A stretch of DNA of 64,000 nt from Callorhinchus milii (taxonomy: Eukaryota): NCBI RefSeq assembly GCF_018977255.1, contig NW_024704743.1, forward strand, positions 39,682,001-39,746,000, in the 5' to 3' direction. The notes below the pieces were generated by a model. It was given only the letters and a program-made list of their open reading frames with translations, was not told where the DNA came from and ran no database searches. This document shows positions 13,051-27,320 of this stretch, in pieces (within the stretch, counting starts at the first letter, position 1; every line of letters starts with the position of its first letter). Made by a program: the position numbers and the translations under genes.

Positions 13051-14035
13051 CCGTGAAAAAGACAGGAAAGAAAATAAATTTATTTTGATGTACATTTTCA
13101 AACACAAAGGTTGAGGTGGTATTTCTCCTTTTAACGTTCCTTTAGTCTAAAGGGCTTTTAGTTAACATCCGTTCTTGTCTGTTCATTCCTCCCTCATCAT
13201 ATTCTGTCACCTCAGCAAGTATACCCTCTAGATGAAAAACAAGTAATCATGCTTCCATAACTTCAGACATCCATAACTTCCAAGTCTGATCTGCTTCATG
13301 AAGCACTGGCCGCAGAGAGAAAATCGTCTTTCATTATATAGAAATACACATTGTTAAAGCTGCCCAGGCAACCGACCATTCACTCAACTGAACATCCAAA
13401 ATATCCTACACTAGTAAGTGACGAGAGCACTCACTATACGATGGCTTTGCACTTTTGTGCAAACATTAATAAACATCCACGGTAGGCATGATATGCTATG
13501 TTAAAACCACCTTTTACAAAAATACATTAAAATAATCTTTTGATGAAATAATTGCAATTAAAAAAAGTGCCATATTTCTAACAGCTCTCAACCGCCTACA
13601 CATACAAAAATGTAATTACCATTGAACATAACAGATCACACAGGGGCTCATTTATTTACCCCGTTTATGTGGTAAGAATTCAAAGCTTGAATCTAATGTC
13701 TTGTTTTTTCCACTAAACCAATTGTTTTAATCAAAATAAGTTTCACACATTGTGCACCTATTTTGCAAATGTTGTTGCATGAGCTCATTGGGTGTAAATT
13801 GGGATTATTGCATGATTATATATGTGCAGGGAACATACATGTGCTGCTTAAGGGTTGAGATCCTCCTTGGGGAGGGGGTTGAAGGTGAGCGGTGACTCCT
13901 TGGAGCTGATCTGGGTCCAAGGTGACATGTTCATCAACGGAATGTCAGAATCAAGTCAATCCTCTGTGGCAGTCTTGCCAGGCCAGTTCCTGAACCAGAC
14001 AGGTCCACAGCACTCTGACACTGCTGATGAGAGAT

Positions 14036-14445
14036 CAGCCTGGCTCATCGGCAGTTTAGAGGGACAGATTGAGGGCAGAGATTCTTCCCACTCAGCTCCT
14101 GGTAACCTTGCAAGCTAAAGCCCTAACAGGTAGGGTGGTCCTAGCTGGATAAGTAGCAGGAAGCTTCACAGACTTTCTATGCTTTATGTTTTTATCTGAT
14201 TAGCCTCCTCCAGTACTACAACACACACTCTGGAATCAGGAAGCCTTGGCTCTTAACAACCTGCATCTAATACTCTCTGGAATTAGGTAAGCAAGATGCA
14301 TCCCTCCAGGGAAAGAGTGTGCATTCCATTCCAAACATAGGGAATGTTCCATATATAGGTGGGATCCATGGAACTCTCAATCTGGTTTGGAAACTTTTCA
14401 GCATGGTGATGGGTTTCTGTATGTATCAGACCCTTGACTGACTAA
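14036..14445 (+). repeat. Unclassified repeat X, longest plus-strand copy
   Basis: Collinear with 15052-15300 (+) and 58578-58975 (-). Contains 'aattaggtaagc' at 14281-14292. Confidence 0.8.
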
Positions 14446-15051
14446 TAAAAAGAGTGAAATGTGTTATTGATGGTTTCTTTGATAATGACCACGTCTCTTT
14501 GATGTTTCTGGAGTGTGTGTAACTTTTTACAAGTTTTCGGAATTTGTTTTCCTATTCCTACATGATTAATCTGTGCTTTCCGTCCGCAAGCCACGTGATT
14601 TTATAAAGCTGTTCTTCAACCAACAGTTGGGTTTTAATAACTGGAATCTGCTCAAATTAATGCTTTTCAAAATCAATTCTTCTTTCCCTAAGGAAGGGTA
14701 GCTGAAATTGAATTTGATATTAAAAGATTTCCCTTGGATGTTACTACAGTAATAATATTAATAATAATAAAACCATTTTCTGCCACCAGATGTCACTGGT
14801 ACATTTAGCACACTGAACTGCAGACCATTTTCAAAGTCTTCCAGTCAAAGTCCAGTTTCCGACCAAATTATTTTGAGAGTGGAGTGGAGCTTCAGGCATG
14901 TTGTTTTGCTACAGCTGCTGTTCTGTCAAAAGACACAAGGAAAAAAGCCTGAAAATAAATAACCAAATGAGTGAATAATATAATAATAAACTGGAGCCAG
15001 ATCGGCTCCCAAGAGACTGCATTTAACTCTCCCCAAGGAGTATAGTAGCTG

Positions 15052-15300
15052 GTTAGCTGCTTAAACTCCAAAAGTACCCAAGCATACACTCTGGGATCCC
15101 CAAGCCTTGGGTATTGCCAGCCTGCACCTATACTCTCCTGAATTAGGTAAGCAGGATGCATCTCTCCAAGGAGAGAGTGCACATTGCATTCCAATACACC
15201 AGAACTTCCATATATAGGTGGGATGCATGGAACTCTCAGTTTGATTGGAATACTCTTCGGCACAGTGATGGGTTTTCACATGTCTCACACCTAGCTGACC
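15052..15300 (+). repeat. Unclassified repeat X
   Basis: 'acactctgggatccccaagccttgg...gaattaggtaagcaggatgcatc...ttccatatataggtgggatgcatggaactctca' matches 14207-14441. Confidence 0.85.
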
Positions 15301-15410
15301 AAACAAAGTTTCTATAAAGTGTAGTGATTGTGTATTTTTGGGGTAAATATAGCAACCAATTTGTGCACAGCAATGTTCCACAAGCAACCATAACTTGAGT
15401 AACCAATTTT

Positions 15411-15730
15411 AATAATAATAATAATCCTTGCATTTGATATAGCGCCCTTCACCTATTTGATACGTCTCAAAGTGCTTCACAGAATATACTGTAAAGTGAA
15501 TTGATTGTATATTTTGTGGGTGCTAATTGTACACAGCTGTGTTCCACAAACAGAAGTGGATTGAGTGACCAAATTATTGTTTCTTACATTTTTTTAAGGG
15601 ATTATTAGCCCCGGAAAAGTGATCCGCCAATTGACTAACAACTGGGTTCCTACATACTGCTAGGTAAACAGAGACATGTGGAGCAAGGAACCGTGCCTAA
15701 TGTTTCGTCCTGGAATCGAACCCAGGTCCT
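15411..15730 (-). mobile_element. SINE family A, long form, head truncated
   Basis: B box 'gggttcgattcc', CORE-like block and shared tail on the reverse strand. Confidence 0.85.
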
Positions 15731-16067
15731 AGAATGTGGTCAGCCCCACCAAAAGGTCACATCTAGATACACAAACATATAGTGATAATACAAGTGCAGG
15801 GTACAGTAGTCTTAATATTTTATGTGATAGTTTTGCATGTAGGTTCCTGAAAAAATGGGGCTTGTTCCTTCTTAGCTTGACTTCCAACATGGTTTTTCAC
15901 AAATGGAAACAATATTTAGGTTAAGCTGACACACATCCCAGTAATAAGAATAGGAACATGCCTCATTAATGTCACCAAAGTGTACACTGAACTTATATTT
16001 CATCATTCCTCAGTTGAAAATAACTAAAAATGAGTTGTGGAGAATGGGGCCTGGTTGTAGCTGCTTC

Positions 16068-16387
16068 AATAATAATAATAATCCTTGCATTTGATATAGC
16101 ACTTTTCACGTTGGGAGGACGTCCCAAAGCGCTTCACAGAACACACTGTAAAGTGAATTGACTGTATATTTGTGGGCGAACGCGGAAGCCAATTGCACAC
16201 AGCAATGTCCCACAAACAGTCGTAGATTGAAAATGACCAATTTATTATTGTTTTTTGTTTTGGAGGGATTATTATTAGGCTCTGTGTGGAGTAAGGAAAC
16301 TTGCCCAAGGTTTCGCCCTCTGCCTGGAATTGAACTCAGGTCTCTCACTTGCAAAGCGAGTGCTCTAACCACTGAGCTACAGGACTC
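16068..16387 (-). mobile_element. Young full-length SINE family A, short form
   Basis: Near-identical inverted copy of 7915-8206. Tail 'gcgctttgggacgtcctcccaacgtgaaaagtgctatatcaaatgcaagg(att)n'. Confidence 0.93.
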
Positions 16388-19300
16388 TAGAATAATAGAG
16401 GTGAGGAAGCTCACCGTAGCTGAGGAGATATTCTTCCCCTGATCCACAGGAGCTATTGGTGGACTCAACAACAACAACATGCATTTATATAGCGCTTTTC
16501 ATGCCGTGCAATGTCTCGGAGCAGGGGAAGAAGTGGGTTGTCATAGGCAACAATTTTTTTCTTCAAAGACAGGGCACAGAGGATATGGGATTGCTGCAGA
16601 TAAAGGTTTGTTTCTGATTTTGTTAGGGTGGCCAACACAATTGTTAACTGCATTATGAATGTTACTAAATGAATATTTTATTGACAGCTCCTTCTTTTCA
16701 GTCACTGTAAGCACTCCACCCAGAAATGAGTCGTAGGAACAACAGCAACAACAACAGTAGTAGTAGGGGCTATTTAAACGGCTTGAAAGCCCAAGAGGAA
16801 CTGTTGTGTTCATCTGATCTGCAGCTGCTTTACAATACATGTAATGGAAAAATATATTAACATTGCCATTGAACACATATGTGGCCTAATTGTTACCACA
16901 TGTGTCACGGTTGAGATTGAAGAAGGGCATTGCTGACTCAAACATTACAATTCCAATACACTGTTCCCCCTCAACTCGGGTGTATAAAAACCTGTTTCAT
17001 TTCTTGTCAAATTAGTTATGTATTTGTGCATCTAAATCATTATTATATGTCTTGATCAATAGATCTCAGGTATGTCAATGGGCTCAACTGAAACCTTCCA
17101 CAGAGATTCTGGCAACTCCATGCAAGTTTAGGTACTGGAAAGCAGGACATAAAAATCAACACCCATTTTTTCAAGGAGAAATTAGTTCAAGTAAAATTGA
17201 CCGGCAAAATAAAATCAAAATATCACAAGGTCACAGATTTGTGACCACATATTTATCTTTGTGCTATACTTTAATTCACCAATAAAGAATTGTCCCTCAA
17301 ATTATTTTTACCCTGAAGAAAGCACTGGAATTTAAAGAAAATCTTATTGATAAGAGAAAAACTGTTCATATGTTCACTTGTTAATCCGTGCCTCACATTG
17401 GCTTTCAAATTACCAATTATCCTGTGCATTGTCTGATGCAGGTGAAGTAATTCTGACTTTTCATTCGCACTAAATGTGAATATGTTATCATTTTCACAAT
17501 AGGATAAGAAAATCTTCAGACCTTAGGCATTTATGACAACAGAGTTTTATTAGAAGGAATAGAGGAAACAATTTTTTGATCTGCTTATTGCAAATAATAA
17601 TGAATATGATAAGGGAAAAGTCTTGCTTCCATCATATTAATAAATACCCAAATTTACTTTGTATCCTGTACATCTTTTGGACAAGCTAGAGTGTGCCTTG
17701 ATTTTCATTTCCTTTTGCCACTCTTTTTCAAGGATAAAATAAAGTGCCGACTTGCAATTTTGAATGAAACAAGTACATTTCCAATTCAATAGAATCTTAA
17801 AATTGCCATTACACAATCTTTTTAATATTCTTGAATGACACAACAGTTTGGCAGTTTGCTCCATTGGTCTTGGAACAATCCTTTATATAGCCTCTATGTG
17901 GGCTCGGTGCACTTTGAGACACTTCCCTGTGTGGAGGGCACTATATAAGTGCAAGTTATTTTGTTGTTTTTGCCATCAAAGAGTTGAGAAAAGCTCAAAT
18001 TGCATTGGAGCCCTTTGCTGTTGGCATCATACATTTATATTCATACCTCATTATACATCTACCCTCTTATCCACACAAGAGAAGCGGGCTGAGCTCAGGA
18101 CTCTATTGCCACTATCGGGTTAAACATTCTTTCTGCAGGGAATGACAGGAAAAGTGTTTCTCTATTGCTTTCTTAATATAGCAGCAATGTCTCCCCTACA
18201 TTTGTTCATCATCTGTAAAAACATTACAAGATAATTGATGACGCCATAATTTTTGCTTTCTACTTAGCTTTCTCATCATCACCCAGTGATAAATCTCTGA
18301 AAAATAAGGCATCATTCCTGCAAGGTTTAAAGGGGTAGCACTCCGAGATGCCATCCGACGTGAAGGGTGCTATATAAATGCCAGTTGTTGTTGTTGGTAT
18401 TACTGCAACAAATGGTCATAATGTTGCACATTTTTACTTGGGATCAGCCACAAATTTACTAGCAATACAAATTTGCAGGTATAATATAAATGGAATGTGA
18501 CTGTATACCAAGGACAAAGATGACATAGTTAGCACCATGTGACGCATAAGCAGTGTGGATTACCACTTTCTGATCTCACACACAAATGCCACAACATTTT
18601 ATCACGTGGATTTTCACTACATTGCTTAATAGTGTTTTGCATACATTTGATTTTTCTTTATCGTACGATTGGAGTGAATCCTGGCAAGGGCTTCACAGAA
18701 TTTCAAGCTCAAGTATGGTGAAGGATCTTATTTGACTTTAAACTAACAATAGTTCAACTCTTTTGAATAGACCTTGGAATCTTGAAACAAAAAAATCCCA
18801 CATAGAATTTTATGTTGACAGATCAAGGGAGAGAAGAAACGTGTTATCAATTTAAAATTTAAAACGCATTACTGAAGATTATTCACCTCACTTGCTCTTT
18901 ATTTGTGAATTCTGCTCTGCAGAATGTTTTCAAAATCAGTTATTGTCAGCCAGTGATGAATCCATAGGAAATTTATGAGATTTATGCATGATTGTCATTA
19001 AGGGAGGTGTTCTCTTTCTCTATTTCAGTTTTCTACCCCTCTCAATGGTGCTGGCGGATGCTGAGGTATAATTGCATTGAAACAATCTTCCCAGCAGTAC
19101 TTCCCCAAAGTGACGATTCTTCTTGTAGAAACCCAAGAAGTGAATGCTTCTGAAGTATCAATCCTAGGGTGCATCACAGCTGAGCCCAATCCTTTCCACA
19201 GATTTACATTGATTTTAGCAAAGATCAATCAACAGTGAAATGGAGCAGAAACTCTCTCTAAGTTTACTTCTCTTTAGCCAGGGGTGTTGAGTCCCATTGT

Positions 19301-20209
19301 AATACTCTCATTACTGACCAAGATTAGTTAACAAATCACAGTTAAGGTGATTAAACTTAAGACTGTACAGTCTGTAATGATTAGCACCACAACATGTTTT
19401 CAGATTGCACTGTGGCTTCATCAATTATGTTGAATAAACCACAGTAAGTGAGTTTATTTAGAGTTTACCATTAGCTTCATCGGATTCCTCTACTCATTAA
19501 ACGTGTATTATAGCAGCACATTGATAATGTTGTTTATTCAGCACCTGAGGGGCAATAAATATTTCATCAAAATTGCATCTTAAATGTATGCTGCTGCGCC
19601 CTAACTGAACAAGCAGTGGGAAAGCTTGCCAGGCAGTGCCTTATTTTGGCTGAATACAAAGCAGCATGGAAAAAAACACAACAAAACAGTGGAAAAAAAC
19701 GAAACTGCCCCATTCAATTTATCCTCTTAAATGAATCAGTTTTCGTCTTGTTGATAAATGAAATACGATNAAAAATGACATTTGTATAGCACCGTTCATG
19801 TCGGGAAGAGATCACAAGGCAAAATAAAAGGGGAGATGGAGAGATAAAGAGGAGTGTGGAGACATAAAGGGATAGATGGAGTGATATTTTTTATCTTGAC
19901 AGCAATTGAATTTGGAACTCTTGTTTTTTGGGAAGGAGAGCAGAATCCCTTTGGAGTTTAATTGTCACAAAGATGACATGTTTGGCAACAGAATGTCAGA
20001 AACGAGCCAACCGTTTGTGGTCTTGATAGTCTCTGTGTGAAGCAGGTCCTCAGTATTATTGCTACCCAATTGGTTTTTGCTAAATCAATTAAAACAACAA
20101 TAACAATACTTATATTTGATATAGCAACTTATCTCATTGTCAAGATGTAACAAAATGCTACAGTAACTGTAGATTTGTTGCCGAACGAGAACAAATCTTA
20201 ACTGATTCT

Positions 20210-20433
20210 TAACTTAACTCTGGAATGCATTGCCTGAAAGGGTGGTTCAATCTGATTCGATTACACCGTAAAGAGGGAACTAGATAATTATTTGGGACGG
20301 ACAAGTTTGCAGGTCTATGGGGAGAGAGCGGGGCAGTGGGATTGATTTGGATAGCTCTGTTCAAAGTGCAGGCACAGACACAATGGGCCGAATGGCCTCC
20401 TTCTGTGCTGTATAATTTTATGACTCTATGATT
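20210..20433 (+). mobile_element. CR1 LINE 3' end
   Basis: 'tggaatgcattgcctgaaagggtgg...gggccgaatggcctccttctgtgctgta...ctatgattc', homologous to 5581-5800. Confidence 0.85.
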
Positions 20434-23400
20434 CCCAGCAAACTTTATTTTGTGCTAGAAAGAAAATGTATAGTTATTTTTATGTCTGGACCCTTAGTAG
20501 CAGCCCTGTTTCTTGCCTATTCCCCACATAAAACAACTGAATCAATGTGTTAAGATCCTTTCAATTCCTTGAGAACAAAATAGAAATGTTCCACCATATC
20601 TTAATGCAAAGTCAAAACTGAGGTAATTAAAAAAATAGTCACTTTGTGTTCACCTTAAGGTGATCAGATCTACAGCTTTAATCAGTCCAGTAACCTAAGT
20701 ACTGTATGCATTAGCTACATTGAAATCAACAACAACAACTTGGATTTATATAGCGCCCTCCACGCCGGACAGCATCGATGGTTATAGACAGCTCAACTCG
20801 ACATGATGTTGTGCTGACATGAAAGATGCTATAGAAATGTAAACATGTACAGTATATGTACAAAGAAGGGATCATTTTGACCAAATGTACTAAAGCTGCA
20901 GAAATTTCCCGGAAGCTATTTAAATGAATTGGAATTCCTGATGTGCTGCTATGAACAGATAACTGAAGAGAGCAAGCCCTTCATAAAAGGGATGAGGACC
21001 AAGCTCTGTAAATCTGTGTCTACTAATTAAAAATGAATCTTATCAGTAAATAGGAATCCAAGTAAAAATTAATTGCCAATTATCGAATGGCAAATGGAAT
21101 CCCTGACTTAAAAAGTAACAATAAGCCATGATCAATGAGGCAAGCAAAAATGGGGTCTTGTGCAAAAGCAATGATTGGAAGCTACTTAACTAAAGCCGTC
21201 CCAAAGAGAGGTGTCCTTAATAGAGATGAAGCTGTATATCCTTGAATGAGATTTTAGAGAAGTTTGATTTGTTTTGAAATTAGATTATCTGACTTGTTGA
21301 GAAAGCAGGTTTCAGTGAAAAATAAAAGGAGAAATGTAGAGAGAGACATTCTCATTTGAGAACATTTTTTTAATTGATCCCTTTCAGAATAAAACATAAA
21401 AATCATATCATTTGAAAGAGCAAATATGTTCTTATACAGTTAAATGAAGAGCCGCAGGATTACAAAGTCTGTTTCTGAGAATAGTAATGTCTGCATCTCA
21501 AAGTGCCACCAGGGAAGCCATATGGGAATAAAGGATTACTGGAAGACATGTGAGATTTGCTAGCATTCATAATCCCTATGCTGTTATTCGATATTTTTCA
21601 GTCTGAAATATGACAGGGTGTTGACATTTTTGTAATATAATTAAATATCTTCAATAATAGGTGTTTTCATGCTTGAAATGATTGAAATAGCTTGACTGAT
21701 GTGACACTATCCTTGCTCATCATGCCTGCTTAAGGAGTGCAATTTCCATGCTGCAATACTGTACACTAAACTGAAAATCTTTTTTCGTATCCAGCAAACA
21801 ACTTTCATTTACTGTGAACTTTTTTTTAATTGACCATTTTCAGAATGAAACTCAAAAATTTTACTGAGCTGACAGTTAACTCTTTGTTAAGTTGCAGACT
21901 CATTAAATACGACTGACTTCAAATAACTGCAATCATGCTTCTCATCTGATAGTAAGATGAGAATTTGTCAGACATTTTTTCATACTTACTGCAATTTCAC
22001 TTATATTCATTTTCACTTCTACTGCATAGAATTTTAAACCAAGTATAATAACTCTTAAACGCGATATGAAATGTGTATTAAATGTAGCCAATCCACTGTG
22101 ATTTTTCATCTGGAGACAGCAGCTCATTAATGTGCCATCACTATTATGCAAAATATATGTTTCATTAGGTACTTTCTGGTGCTTTTCTGTAAGTCACATT
22201 GCAGAATTAATGGTTAAGTTGTAATGAAAAGAACAGTAACATTGATACTTTAGACTTGAGTTCATAGAAATCTTAAACCATGGATGAATAACATTGTCAA
22301 ACATTGTTTTGGGCTTTTTCTTAAAACTTGATTCAACCATATGTATCCATAATAATCATACATAATCCAATATGACTTTAACCAAATTCAAGAACCTTGT
22401 ACTGAATAACTTACTGTTGTGATGAATGCCTGCTAACATTATACAAAAAATGTATATTGTGTGGATAGTGTACTTTTTGATAGATTAAAATGTATCTGGA
22501 ATGCTGATTCCATGCAGGAAATTACTACTCAACATACTTAGGAACTATGAAGTCAGCATTGTATAGACATTCTTTTAGTTGTGTCTATCATACATCCTGA
22601 AGCAATACTGGCATTGACCAATTTGTATTGATGATATGACACATGGTACTTCTTTACCTAACCATTCAATGTATAATTCATGGAGAATTGTAATACCTTT
22701 AAAATAATTGTAACAGAAACCTGCTAGGGAAAAATATGGTAGATTTGTGGATACTGCACTTTTAAAAGTGGATCACTCTTCTTACACTAAAAATTGCAAA
22801 CCGTAGAAGAGTAATTTATATTTACTTTGCTTGGGTTTCATATCATATTTATTGCACATAAAGATGTATAAGGCAAATCTACATGCAGTCCATAATTTGT
22901 ACTGACAAGTATTTCTAACTAGTACAACATTACAATCCATCACATATCACATTAACAACCATAAAATATGTCTTATAGTGCAAGTCCAATTGATCTGCTT
23001 GATAGTTATTCCCTAGCTCATTCACTTTTGTTCCAGTGATGAATGAAGAACATTACTCTCATTCTATCAAAACTTAACAGCAGAAAGAAATGAGAAAATA
23101 TCCCATTTGTCCTGTGTCCATGTATGTGAACTGGAAAGAAATAGTACAAATATAAACTAAAAGTAATCTAATGGAAGCATCTGAGTGAAGAAGACAAATC
23201 AAATGTAAGAAAAAAAAGCACTATTGGAAATTAAAAATCAATGAACTGCAGCAACAAGTCATTAATGAATGCAGCATTGATAGACTCAAACCATTTTTGA
23301 CATATGCTAACGCAGCCAAAAACAGGAGGTTCAAATAAAGTAAAAATTGCTCTGAAACTTTGCAACAGCTTTTCTGTTCTTTAATATCACAGTTAGCCTT

Positions 23401-24399
23401 CTCTGGAAAATCAGCCTGGATCCCAAGGTTCTCATAATTGACCTACAATACCATGTCCCTTAAAAAGTGCAGGAATTTCTTTTTCACACAGAGAAATGTT
23501 GCAAGTGGAATGCCCTGCCAAGTAAAGAGGTAGACAATGAGTCCATTGTTGGTTTCCCAAGGGAAGGAGATGAGTATATGTTACAGTAAAGTTGTGTAAC
23601 CAGGGTTTTCGCCAAATCCCTGAAATTTTCAGAAAAACTGCGAAGATATGAAATCACTGAAATTAGGATTCAATAAGTGTAATTTCATTCACTGAGGAGT
23701 CAAAAGGTCAATTTATTAACACAACCGAGGCTTCTGTGAAACCGGGAATTACATTTCACTTTGGCTTAGTTTTCTCAACTCGCATTATAGATAATAATTA
23801 TTATTAAATATTAACAATAACAACCGAATTTGTGTGTGTGTGTTGGGTGGCCGGTGAGGGGAGGTGGTTGGATTTTGCCCTTTGTATTTTTAAAAAGGCA
23901 CTACTTTTCTCGTAAAGCTTTTGAAATTGTATTTAATGAGTTTAATTAGCCCCCCATGGGTCAATTTAATCGAGCTTTGAAATGAATTGTTTTGTACCAT
24001 ACGTGTTTCCCTGTTGGTTAACTTGAGCTATTGGAACATTGCAATATAGACAATATTCTGATTTGGGGTTCTGGATAGACTAGCAGCATGAATGAACAAA
24101 ATATCTGACAATCAGTTTGGATGTAGAAGGCTTTCGATTCAGCTGATCTCATCCTTCCATCAGATCCACCTCCCATACTTTTATAACAGCATCAAGCTAT
24201 TTTTTTAAATGAATCCAGTGTCCTAGCCTTCACCACCTTTCCTGGCAACCTGTTCCAATCATTAACTAGCCTCTTAGTGCCTGTCCTGAAATGATCGCTA
24301 CATTCTTGAAATTAAAAACACACAGTATTGTTTGAACAATCAGGTTGGTTTCATTCAGAACAAGGTGATCAATGTAAACCTCGTGGTTCCTTTTGCTTT

Positions 24400-24712
24400 G
24401 TGAACCGAACCCTGGCCAACTCCATGTCCTACTCTCTCTGCCCCACCGTCGACAGGTGGGCTTTCAACCACTTGACGCCTGCTCCCTGGAACTCCATTCT
24501 CAAGATCTCTCAAACTTGCTCCCTCCCTCCCCTGTTTCAAGATCCATCTCAAAACTTAACTGTTTGATATGGTGCTTTTCATTATCTTTCCCCTCCTTGC
24601 CTCCCTCAGCTCCCCCTCTCATCTCTGGTGCCGAGGCAGAATTGTCAAGCACTTTGGGGATATCCTCTTGTGATGAAAGGCACCACATAAATGTAAATTG
24701 TATTGTATTGTT
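24400..24712 (+). mobile_element. L2 LINE 3' end (diverged)
   Basis: CPTVD.WAF...PWNSI, followed by the tail 'agcactttggggatatcctcttgtgatgaaaggcac...ttgtattg'. Confidence 0.8.
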
Positions 24713-25830
24713 AAGTTTTGAAATGAATATCCAATCTCTGATTAATGGCCAGGTAATGTTATTGTGCTGTTTTTTAAACTGCTCTACAAAAGTTAGTATA
24801 ACCGCTAACTAAAAGAACTAAAAGAACTAAAAGAAAAATCTAAAGACCAGCAGCAAACGTAAACACAGCAAAACAAAGAAATGCGTACATTTGTTGTTGG
24901 TGATTGTAATGTTTGGAATTGCTTGTCATGGGCTATATAGCAACATTGGCTGAGTAACTCTGAAGAATAGGGCAGATGGTAAAAATGGAATTCCAAAAAT
25001 CAGGATTGCACCACACATGTGGCTTCCTAAGTAATGGGATATGCTTGGCAAGATATAGTGCAGCCAGGAAGTCATACTGATGACTTTCTGACTCCAGGGT
25101 GCCAACATAAAAGAAAAGACTAATTGATGTTGCAGACAGAAAGTAGGACTTAATTATTATTATTTGCCTTCAAGGCTCAGAATATGCCTGCAAACCAATG
25201 TCGTGAATGAAGGCATTCCTGATTAATTGAGTGGGGAAACATGTGAGCTGTTATCATTTTTTTATGTGTTTATAATTGATGCTACAATGTTTAATTGATC
25301 TTTTTGTGGAAACATTCTATTTCAGTAGGCAGCAAAGAACTCAGACCTATCCCTTGTCAGACAGATATGTGAGATGCCATAATATATTATGTGCTCTGTG
25401 AATTTTATTGTTTCATCGAGGCCATTTAAAATTCAAAAAGTGCACTGTGAGGCAAAACATGTTGCCATCTCCGATAATCCCAATGTAAATTCTGACTTTG
25501 AGCTTCTAGTCAAACATTTTGATTCTTTAGATCCAAACACGGTGAGAAGTTTAAGGGTAGGATACATACATCCAAGCAGAATGTTCCCAAGTCTCTTGAC
25601 AAGGGTAAAATATGATTTGATCTTCAATTAGTTTTTTCCCCACTTGAAGGAAATCAACCTGAAATCTGCAAATATATATTAGAAGGAGCCTAGAATAAAG
25701 AGAGATAAAACAATAGCAAGCAATATATTCGTCAGAACACAGAAACGTTAGGAGAAAGCAAAATCTAGCTGCTGAAATCTCTGTAACTACAGCAACGCTA
25801 TTTAATGTCATGCAACATCCTGTTAAGAGT

Positions 25831-26291
25831 TACCTCCTCTTCATGGTTGAATTGACATTCAAATAAATGTTCATCATAAAATCAATTTAAAAAATAGCAA
25901 CACAGAAAAATATGTTTTGTGTGCTTATTGCACCTTATTATAGATTGATTTGGAGCCAACTCTGTGTTTTGACTGTGTTTTCAACTGGTTATAAGATCCA
26001 AAGTTAAAGCAATGGGTCAAAAGGAGAAGTACAGTTGTAGGCCAAGTTGTTGGTAGCTTTATTTGCAGTTCTAGTTCATGGTAATGTATGAGTCTTCACC
26101 AAAATAATCTGAGAGTATTAATTTGGGAATGAGTGCAAATCTGGTCCAGAAATCGAAATATGATTCATTCAGGGCAGCACAAAAAGAATTTTCGGTTCAG
26201 CGTAAGATAAAATAGCAATCCTCTGATTCTCATAGATGGAACTGCCAACATTACCAAAAAAGACTAACTATCATAGGTGATTTATAAACTA
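25831..26291 (+). repeat. Local duplication, copy 1 (order A-B)
   Basis: A=25831-25891 matches 30222-30282. B=25946-26291 matches 29646-30223. Confidence 0.92.
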
Positions 26292-26572
26292 GTTGAATGG
26301 CATAATCTTGACATTATGAGGATGTTTGTCTTAACTATGAACGAGCTTAAGTAGACGAAAGGGAGCCCTCAGCAATGCGATGTTAATGGGAACTGTTTGC
26401 AATGACAGTTCAAATTAAATACAGATAATACTAAATTTTGCCGTAGTTGGAGGTGATTAAATTGCATCTGATTTTAAAAATAATCTGATAGGGTAAAAAT
26501 GGGAAATGTGTTGCCAATGTTAATAATGATTCCATTCATCACAAAAGCATTTAAAAGCAGTTAATGGTTACA

Positions 26573-26760
26573 CAACAAGATTCCATTTATAAAGCGCCTT
26601 TCACGTCAGGAGGACGTCCCAAGGCGCTGCACAGTTGGGTCATGACCCGAGCAGGGGGGAAATGGTCAGGGTGAGGGAAGGGAGGGAGCAAGGAGGGGGG
26701 AAATGGTCAGGGTGAGGGGAGGGAAGGGAGGGAGCGAGGAGGGGGAAGAGAGTCGAGAGG
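26573..26760 (-). mobile_element. Young L2 3' end (purine-rich strand of the 3' UTR)
   Basis: Near-identical reverse complement of 51770-51978. Confidence 0.92.
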
Positions 26761-26787
26761 GTCTTGAAAGGGTATTCAAAGAAATGT

Positions 26788-27320
26788 CAGTTGGTATCAT
26801 TCTACTCTCTAAGTCTGAAGGTTGTGGGTTCATTGTGGGTTCACAGACACAATTCATCAACAATTTGCTTTTACATAGTGCCCCTCACGCAGGATAATGT
26901 CCCAGAGTGCTTTTTATTTATTGTTTTTATTTAATTCAGGACTTAACTCCCAGTCTAGGCTCGCAGTACAAAGTTGAGCGTTGCATTATCGGTGATGCTG
27001 AACTCAAATTAATATCACATCTCTGAAGAGATGTGATGTTAACTTGAGTTCCACTCTATCTGTTCAGGTGGGTGTTGAAGTTGACTGACAAAATTCGAAA
27101 GATAAGGGAATTTATCCTGGTGTCCTGCCAACAATCCCCAGATTAGAATAGTTTACTCACTTCATGCCTGTTTGTGGGACATTGCTGTGTGCAAATTGGG
27201 TGCCACGTTTGCCTACAAAATGCACAGTCACTAGACTTTACAGCAAAAATCCTGTACAGTTTTGCGAGCTATTTTGGCAATGTGATAAGATGCTATAACA
27301 TATACAAGGATTATTATTAT
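26788..27320 (+). mobile_element. DeuSINE (family B) with an internal L2-tail insert (about 26856-26910) and a fold-back hairpin
   Basis: Head 'gtctgaaggttgtgggttca', Deu motif 'ctgttcaggtgggtgttgaag...ggtgtcctgccaacaatcccc' and the shared tail. Confidence 0.8.

Noticed and set aside
7852..16480. Recurring short ORFs (MGKFPYST..., MTVYLWANA...) as a gene family
   Set aside because: They are chance frames through multicopy SINE family A.
19770..19770. Single N base next to an L2 tail fragment
   Set aside because: It is an assembly ambiguity or gap marker, not biology. Adjacency across it should be treated with caution.
23601..24013. Second hAT element starting with 'cagggttt'
   Set aside because: No matching TIR and 8-bp TSD could be found.
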